A stretch of 57,380 bases of DNA, counting the filler, from Dugesia japonica (taxonomy: Eukaryota): the NCBI GenBank assembly GCA_001938525.1. It is 5 parts of 5 records of this genome, joined end to end, with 100 filler letters (N's around TTAATTAATTAA, not from the genome) between each part and the next. Parts side by side here need not be neighbours in the genome. Positions count along the whole stretch, not along the records: positions 46,742 to 57,380 come from MQRL01577783.1; 4 more parts are not named here. One strand, written 5' to 3'. Shown one piece after another: positions 48,621 through 57,380 of this stretch. The translations under genes and the position numbers were made by a program. Under the pieces are notes generated by a model, which saw nothing but the letters and a program-made list of their open reading frames with translations, did not search any database and had not been told where the DNA came from. The stretch's first letter is position 1. The number at the start of each line of letters is the position of its first letter.

Positions 48621-51514
48621 TAAATAGTGCTATCCACTAATAAATTGTGCTATATACAACAGTGTGATCTCCGTAAACAGAACAAATATTATTTTTTCTT
48701 TAAGTAAATAATATAACATAAAGTACCTTAAATGCATTTTTATTTTAAATTTTGTTTCATAATTATGTAATTTCTAAAATGAAAATTAGTATCAATAATA
48801 ATTTCAAGTGATGCAGTAAAACAAGCTGTTTCATAAAAAATATACATGTCAAATATTCATGCCACTATATAATCTTGTTGATATGTTCAAACACAATATT
48901 GTAAAAATTCTACGAACTTATGTTCCAAACAAATGATTTGTTTAAATTTAATGAACAAAAAACAAAATAAATACAAATAATAATAATGGTATTTCAATAA
49001 AAGATAAAATCAGAAATAATTTAGGTTAAAATAATAAAAAAAAATCACGCGTGTACTCAATTGAAAATAAACTAATTTATAATAAAGCAATTATTATCAA
49101 ATTATGACCTGTCATTTTTGTTTTAACGAATTACATTTTACTCTGAGATAAATTGATTATTTCCCAAATAATAAAGCACTTAAATTATGATGCGTTATAA
49201 TTTTAAACACTTTCCGGTTAAAGAATTTAGTTTTAATTCTGGAAAACCTACTAAAATTTCTTAGGAAAATGAAAAATTTTTATAGTCATAAATTGTTAAT
49301 CTTTAATATACCAAAATGAAGAGAATTAATCCCATGAGTAGACGATTCATTATCTTTAGACTTCATTAGTAACAATACCAGTATCAACTAATCTCAATAT
49401 TTCATAACAATTTATTATTTATTTGTTTATCCGTAATGATACAAACATATAAATAGATTATCAATATAGTAACGAACCGATGTGAATATTACAAATAAAA
49501 ATAAAATAGTTTTTTGTTTGAGTGTAAAATGATTTTTAAAAAAAACATTTCTTTCATGATTTCTAATGAGAATTTACAGTGAAAATATTTAACTGGGGAT
49601 TATTTATTAAATAATTAATAAGCTTTCATTATAACAACAATACAATCATAAAATATTGACAGGCATTTAACTTCTCAACAAAACGCTTAATTAACTATGA
49701 GCAAAAGTTTTGAATTTGTTTTAAACATAGAAAAACGATTTTTTTAATTGGTTATTATTGGTTATATTTAAAATGTTTAAATTTCTAAGCTTTTTAATTA
49801 CTGTTTGAAATTATTAAAAACATACAAAAAATTAAAGAAAAAATAAAGAAAATTTATTTCAGCAAAAATAAATAATAATAATCATAATAATAAAATGAAA
49901 AATTATTTCATTAGGCTAAACACAAAAAAAAANNNNNNNNNNNNNNNNNNNNNNNNNNNNNNNNNNNNNNNNNNNNNNNNNNNNAAGATTAAGCGACAAA
50001 ATCTTTCAAAGAGAATAAAAGGATTTCTATTAAAAATTTTGAATCTTATTAAAATATTGACCATGGAAGCAGATTTTTAAATTGTTAAACTTTAAAACCA
50101 CATTTTTAACATATCATATTTCTGGGTTACTTTTTTAAACAGAATTAGTTTAGGATCATCTTTTAAATGTTTTATTTCAGGGTCAAACCTTTGATATGTA
50201 TTATTTGACTGTAATTTTAATACAATTTTTCTAATATTTAAATTGATATTAATTATAATTTCTTTGTTATTTATTAATTTAATATTTTTAACACGTGATT
50301 TAAAAATTACTATAAACATTCTAGTTTTTAGAAGACTACAATATTCACAATAAAATTTTCATATTTTGATTGGAATAAACGTTGTAGAAATCCGAGCAGG
50401 AAAATTAATTTTTAATTTTTTTAAAAATTTGAATTATTTTGAAAAAATTTTAATATTTAAACAAAATAAACCTTTTCTACTGAATTTCCGTGAAATTTAA
50501 TTAAAACTATTAATTTCAGTAAATTTAAACAAAAATCTTTAATTTCACATTATTTAAACAAAAAATTAAATTTCTGCTCGATTTCATAATAAATAGTGTA
50601 ATTATTTTTTATATCACCCATTCCCATTAAAATTTCCTGGATCCGTTGCTGATGAAGGCTTTATTGATCTCTAGTTACATTGTGAAATTAATACTTGGCA
50701 GTTAATCATAAATATAACTTTATTAACCCTCAAACAGCTCATGTTCAGATTACTGAATAAACAAAAATGCCGTTGTAAACATATGAGAGAAACAAAAAAA
50801 TAATTTTTAAAAAAATATCCTAACAAATTTATGCGTGTAAAAATGAGATTGGAGATCCATTTGAGAAATTTTGAGGTAATAAAGAAAATTTGAAATAACA
50901 AAGTTGTTTTTTTAAAAGTGCTTTCTTAAATTTAATTATGAGTAAGTGTTTAACCGTTTAACAATATAATTTTAAAGATTTTAGTCCTTAAAAATTAACA
51001 ATATGAACTACAATGACTGTTTGCAACATTAAAAAAAACATACTGTGGTGTGTAATATTTGCGTAAAATAAATATTATACAAAGCATCTTCAAAATTGGA
51101 CTTGCATCAACATTTAGTGCATATACATTCTATGATAAGATCCGCTAAAGAAAACTATTCGTCTGCCAAACGATTAATGATAAATAGAAAACTGACTTTA
51201 ANNNNNNNNNNNNNNNNNNNNNNNNNNNNNNNNNNNNNNNNNNNNNNNNNNNNNNNNNNNNNNNNNNNNNNNNNNNNNNNNNNNNNNNNNNNNNNNNNNN
51301 NNNNNNNNGCAAAAATCACAAATATTCAAAAGTGAATTTATACGAAGTAGTATAAAAATGCTTGCATTTACTCTTTTTTCGCAAACAAGAGATGTGATAT
51401 AGATTATTTTTGAATTCTATGAACAGATTAAAATAAATAATACTTACAAAATTAGTTAAATGAAATTTAAAAATAAAAAATTTAGTATTTCAATTGAGGA
51501 ATAAACAAGCTTTA

Positions 51515-51605
51515 TAGTTACAATTATTGCGAGAATAATTGTTGGACTTAATCATTGATCTCTTTTGAGATTTCATTAAAATAAAGAAAAAGTTACAATC
51601 AAAAT
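51515..51605 (-). repeat. 3' tail fragment of the hammerhead element family
   Basis: Minus strand gatcaatgattaagtccaacaattattctcgcaataattgtaact; another tail-only copy lies at ~16735-16770 (+). Confidence 0.7.
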
Positions 51606-52560
51606 AACAGGGTTATAATCATGCAATACGTTTAGCAATTATATAGGTTTTTTTTTTATTTAAAAAAATCAAGAGAATAGAACTTAATTTTGTAGAAAAA
51701 AGAACTTGAATGTAGAAATTATGGTAACTATAACTTTGAAGATATTATTAACAGTGACAAAGATGAAAATCAAAGTGGATTTTTTTTTTAAAGAAGAATT
51801 TTTACTTTCAGACAATATAGATTTATTAGGTACAATAAAAAATTTTTAAAAAAGGTAAAAATAATTAAGAATTCATCGGTAAGAAATTCGATTTTACAAA
51901 GAAATAATGAAATCAGATAAAATAGGAGTTGGTACTTCTTTTAAACTATCGCAAACAATGGACTAGTTTAACCGTAATAATAGAACGGTTCTTTCGTATT
52001 ATTAACCTTTTACATAAATATTTTAAGATTTAAATATGAACAGTATATGAAATTTGGAGAATACTCTTACCGAAAGAAACATGTTAAACATATTTCAACC
52101 TGTAAAGAGTGCTCTTGAAGATCTTGGTCAAAAAGATGCTAATCTTCTCACAAGCAAATGAGTTTCAAAGTTTTTATTTAGATTTCTACGTGCTGAAAAT
52201 TCAATTCTAAATAATAAAGTTTTAAATGAATTGAAGAACGAAATATCTAAATGAAGAAATAAAGTATTAATTTCAATATTAAAACTTCTTCGCGATTCAA
52301 GTAATTTACGTAATCAAGATGAGGAGTTCTTAAATTCTTCGCCAAAACAATAAAATCATTGAATTAGCTGAAATGTACACTCAAAAACCTATCTTTATTA
52401 ATGAAAATCGTATAGATATTCCAATAATTCAATTAAATTTAGTAGATGATACGGTAAACTATAAACCTGTAGCAAGTTTAAAACAACATTAGAAAGAGTC
52501 AATATAAGCTAGTTTAAAACAAGTTCAATCAGTTGTTACAAATAAGTGTATTACCTAACT
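51600..52560 (+). pseudogene. hAT transposase remnant
   Basis: SSVRNSILQ, WTSLTVIIERFFR, FQPVKSALEDLGQKDANLLT. Confidence 0.65.
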
Positions 52561-52602
52561 TTGGGAAAGTTTTAAAAATGCATTATTAAAAAAACGTCCT
52601 AC

Positions 52603-53582
52603 ATACATGATGTCCTAAAAGTCGTGCACCTTAAAAAATTTGAAGAAAAAAGATCAATTTTATGTGTTTTAATTGTTTATCATATGAATTGTTATTTCTT
52701 ATGCATTTCATATAGATTATAATTATTCTAATGTAATAATATTAATTATGTTATATCTTGAATAAATTGTAGAAGCTAAATTAACAAACAATGAAAAAAT
52801 AAAATTAGTTCTCATAAGTGGCTGGTCAAGTTCTTTCAATCAATTAATAGCAATTAGTTTTAATTTAAAATACTCACAAAGGAACAAAATTAATCAAGCA
52901 ACTATTGGGAGGCTAATAAAACGAATAGGTCGCATACAAGTAGTAATGATTTCTAAGAGGTCTTTACAAAAACTTGCTCAAGCATTAAGTATTAACAGGA
53001 ATTCTATCCGGCGAATTCTTAAAAAAACATCAATTTTATCCATTTTAAGTGTCCCTCGTTCAAGAATTGATGATAATGATTCCCGTATGGAAGTGTGGGC
53101 CACATTTTAGTGTAAACATCTTATCAGTCCATACTTGTCTTAAGTTATAGTTACGAAAGAAAGTTGTTTCCATATGTTACAGACATTCTTGATGCCTATT
53201 ACCAAACGAGCGAATATGTGGTTCATGATGCACCACAACATTTTTATATTCGTTCACAATTCTTTCAATGTTTCATTTCTAAACTAATGGATAGGTCGGA
53301 GTGGTGCTGCAGATTCTTCATCTATGTCTCCAAACTTCACTACTATCGACTTCTTTCTGTATATCGCTATAGAACTTTCTTAGATTAAAAAATTAATAAT
53401 AATGTTAGAATGTCCAAAGATCAATGCTCATGTATTGCAGAACGTTCGGACTTCTTATGCATGCCGAACTCTAAAGTTTTTAGAAGTTCGGGTCATCATT
53501 TTGAATATTTACTTAATAAACTGTTATTTTTATAATCAAAAAAAAGTTTCCTATGATGAACGATTTATCCGCTACCCTTTAT
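52603..53582 (+). mobile_element. Tc1/mariner-superfamily remnant
   Basis: FYPF..LVQEL, HDAPQHF, WIGR fragments; boundaries approximate. Confidence 0.6.
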
Positions 53583-53931
53583 ATTCAATATGAATAAAAC
53601 TTCTCAATTTCAGGTTAAAAAATGACTGAAAAGGAAACACATGATATTTATGGTCTTTGTTTTATAAAAGGTTATATTATGAAAAAATAAATTTTAAAAC
53701 ATTTATTATTTATTTGTACACGTGTATTTAAATATGTATTTAAATATATATTTATCAATTAGAATTTCATATGCATAATGCATTCCTACTTGTTATAATT
53801 ATTTTACATTATAGAAATTCAATTTAACTCATTTGACATAAATGTCGTAATTTGCTGGCCATTTCAAAATACAATAGGACTGTGTTAACAAGAAAACTTT
53901 TAAAAAGACGGTAACTTCAAAGGGGTTACAG

Positions 53932-54397
53932 CAGAGGTTGACAACTGCCGTCAAGATGTGCAATCGGGTCCGCGTTGTGAATTGGAATTTTTTGATTGTA
54001 TAGTAGATTATAATTTAATATAAAATTTGCTAGAAATTTCCAGAAAATTAAACTTTTCTAAATCAAATTAAAATTTTATAATTTTATAGATACAGAGCTA
54101 TCGCGCAATAGTATTGGCCCAATTTGTTTTGGTTAAAAAAGATCTTTTATCTTTTTAGTTTAAATTAACTGATTTAATTTTGATGTAATTATAGATCAGG
54201 AACATTCTAAGTTCGATACGTCGCATTGAACTTTTGGTACTATGTGAATATATCAATAAAACATTTTCTTACAATTTTTTCACTATTCTATGCTTATTTA
54301 TATTGAAATACTTAGTACTATTTATGTTAGTAAATCGCCCACGCGATGTTTAGGATTATCTCATTTGGCCCGTTGATGAAAAGTTGCCCACCACCTG
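53932..54397. mobile_element. hAT-type MITE
   Basis: CAGAGGTTGACAACT ... AGTTGCCCACCACCTG, flanked by (G)GTTACAG direct repeats. Confidence 0.68.
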
Positions 54398-55329
54398 GTT
54401 ACAGTATGTTTTTGCAATTTTATAAGATAATACTTTCAAAATTTCAGTTGAAAATTATTATAAAGCATAAATATTATTATAAAAAACAAATTTGATAATT
54501 TATAATCATAAAATACAACAAAAAGTCTATAATACTTTAAAATGAAACGCAAAACGATATTAAATATTTCGGAAAAAAAGGAGAAAAAATTCAAAGGCAA
54601 ATCAAATTTAATTTAATTTATTTATTGTTGAAATTTCGGAGTGTTTTGGAATAAATGAAAGGAAATAATTGGAATTTTTTCATGTTAAAATTGAAAAAAT
54701 AATTAGTTTTAAAATTCCTTAATTTGATATTTCAATATCGGAAATTTGTTTTTCGGAATTGAAGTTTCATGAAATAAAAAAATAGAAACGAAAATTTAAT
54801 AAAATTGAATGTGTGTATTTGTTTGGGTGCATTTGTGTGTGTCAACTAACAAATCAGTAATGTCAACTGTTTTGTTCTTGTCAATGAAATCAATTTATCA
54901 ACTATTTTCATGTGCAACCTCTAAAACCAGATTTTTGCGTAACACTGTTCGACATTTCAATAATAATGTCCTCTCGATATTCACCATAGAATATTTGACA
55001 TTTAAAACCAATTATCAATGAAAAATATTTTTAGATACATTATTATTTAATTGGAAAAAGATTCTCTCATTTAAGCAAATTATTATTGATTGAGAATTGA
55101 AATAATTATATTAATGCTTTATTTTATAAAAAATCCATTTATTTGTAGTCTGAAATAAATCTATTTGTAATGTTAAATTAAAAAAGCCTAATAATAAATA
55201 TTAGTAATGTGTAAATGAATAATCGCCTCCATTATCCTAACATATATGTTTAATAATTTCACTAAATTATTGACTAAATTACTATTATTATCTTTAATTA
55301 AAGAACTTTAATTATAGTACTGTTATTAC

Positions 55330-55660
55330 AATGTGTGTCTCAAATGTAGTGAGACGAGTCTAAAAACATGGATTAAATGATACACATCATAAAATGTTTA
55401 GCATAATTAAATAATGTAGAAATACGTGATCATTTTAATTTTATATTCCCAGAAAGAATGTTACAAGTTAAACTGTGAAGAATTCACTATATGATTCGAT
55501 AAAAATCTTGTACATTGAGAGTATTGTCATGAGAGAGGAAAGATGGATTTTTTAACTATGAACCTGAAACAAAAAAGTCTGGAGTGGCTAGGGAAAAAAA
55601 ACTCTTCAAAAGAATTTCAAAGATGTACAAATCAAAATTCGAATGCATGTTAGTAGATAG
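55330..55660 (+). pseudogene. mariner transposase fragment
   Basis: IESIVMREERWIF..YEPETK..S.EW resembles IVTGDETW..YDPETK.QS.EW. Confidence 0.5.
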
Positions 55661-55725
55661 ATAGTAGAAGTAAACCTCAGGCACACATGCAGTAACCCCC
55701 CCGTGTGTAAAAATTTATTACATAA

Positions 55726-57380
55726 CTTTTCCAATGGAAATACCCGAAGACACACATTAATGTGTATTACGTAACTGTTTCTCGTATTTTTTAAAAGTTT
55801 ACCGAATTATCGGGTTTTTAATGGACGAGTCAATTTATGTGTATTACGTAACTTTTGCTCGTATTTTTACATAGTTTACCGAATTATTTGACTAAATTAC
55901 CGAATTATTCGAATAATTAACCGAATTATCTGAATAGTTTATCGAATTAATTGAATAATTAACCGAATTATTTGAATAGTTTACCAAATTATTTGACTAG
56001 TTTACCGAATTATTTGAATAGTTTACCGAATTAATTAGAAAGTTTACCAAATTATTTGACTAGTTTACCGAATTATTCGAATAGTTTACCAAATTATTTG
56101 AATACTTTACCGAATTATTCAAATTTTTAAATTTTGGGACGAATTGTTCAGGAAATTCCTCGAGAAAGTTGATTTTTAGGTGTCTTGGTTGAATACTTCC
56201 ACAGGATTGGTCAGTTTGGGTAAACTTGGTCAGTTTTAGATAATTTTTGAACGATTTGGTTATGAATTTACTCGGTGAGGTCAAATAAGGTATTATTGGA
56301 TTAAAGAAAACAATCTTCTTCATCAATTTCAAAAAGGTGGATCTGAACATAAAGGATGTGTAGAACATAACTCAGTTTTGACTGCCGCTTTAGAATATTC
56401 AAAATTCAACAAATCGTGCCCAATTNNNNNNNNNNNNNNNNNNNNNNNNNNNNNNNNNNNNNNNNNNNNNNNNNNACTTTTCCAATGTAAATACCCAAAG
56501 ACACACATTAGTGTGTATTACGTAGCTGTTTCTCGTATTTTTTGAAAAGTTCACCGAATTATCGGGTTTTTAATGGACGAGTACATTTGTGTGTATTACA
56601 TAACTTTCACTCGTATTTTTGAATAGTTTGCCGAATTATTTGAATAGTTTACCGAATTATTTGAATAGTTTACCAAATTATTTGACTAGTTTACCGAATT
56701 ATTCGATTACTTTACCGAATTATTCAAATTTTTAAATTTTGGGACGAATTGTTAAGGAAATTCCTCGAGAAAGTTTATTTTTAGGTGTCTTGGTTGAATA
56801 CTACCACAGGATTGGTCAGTTTGGGTAAACTTGGTCAGTTTTAGGTAATTTTTGAACGATTTGGTTAGGAATTTACTCGGTGAGGTCAAATAAGGTAGAT
56901 TTTTGATTGGTTCAGGTGAATTTGGTCACTTATTTCCTCGGTTTTGGTCAGTTTGGGTAATTTTTAGATGTTTTGGTCAAATTTTTCCTCAGGATTGGAA
57001 AAATTTGGGTGATTTAGGTAAAATTGGTTGAAATTTTCCTCGATGAGGTCAAATAAGGTTGATATTTGGATGGTTCAGGTGAATTTGGTTGACAAATGGT
57101 TCGGTGAGGTCGAATGAGGTCGAGTTTAAGTTGGTTCAGGTGAATTGGTTCAATATTTCCTCGGGATTGCTCGGTTTGGATAATTTTTGGTAGATTTGGT
57201 CAATTATTTACTCGGTTTAGGTAATAATGGTCATATTTGTCCTCGGGATTGTTCAGTTTAGGTAATTTTTAGGCCAAAAAGTAGAATTTGTTTAAATTAT
57301 CAAGTATTTTAAAATTACTTTAAACTTTTGTGGTAAATTGGTGAAATTAGGTCATTTTTGTTTAAATTTTCTGATTTTTA
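55726..57380. repeat. Duplicated element end with 21-nt tandem subterminal repeats
   Basis: 55726-56292 recurs at 56476-56897; unit tagtttaccgaattatttgaa; further degenerate ctcgg-containing repeats run to the window end. Confidence 0.8.
56291..56425 (+). pseudogene. Non-LTR retrotransposon RT fragment (R2/NeSL-like)
   Basis: WIKENNLLHQFQKGGSEHKGCVEHNSVLTAALE matches QKGF....GC.EH...L. Confidence 0.7.

Noticed and set aside
50654-50680. CTGATGA as another hammerhead (also ~17898, ~30849)
   Set aside because: No stem II plus GAAA or stem I pairing follows.
55870-56120. 21-nt repeat array as a CRISPR, and ORF 56060-56368
   Set aside because: Contiguous tandem units without unique spacers, in eukaryotic DNA; the ORF is a repeat translation.

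Overview
Very AT-rich, repeat-dense, gap-ridden metazoan genomic DNA. A triclad flatworm (planarian) is plausible from the 18S fragment, (AAT)n density and TE spectrum, but that is inference. Four N-TTAATTAATTAA-N spacers show the window is at least five joined contigs. Host genes: two minus-strand exons of a TDG-type DNA glycosylase (1738-4240) and three plus-strand exons of a BTBD1/2-type BTB-BACK protein (39429-44090). Most of the rest is decayed mobile DNA: Tc1/IS630, mariner, pogo, hAT, a piggyBac MITE, Gypsy, an RLE-type LINE and Penelope-like remnants. Most notable: (1) a dispersed family of ~250-nt non-coding insertions with 12-16 bp target-site duplications, built from two back-to-back minimal type I hammerhead ribozymes (one per strand) plus a 3' tail whose stems covary between subfamilies; (2) a decayed endogenous CRESS-DNA-virus-like Rep gene with HUH motifs I-III and SF3 helicase motifs; (3) an 18S rRNA fragment inserted with a TSD; (4) a GC-rich spliced-looking island whose longest open frame is antisense to its splice sites.
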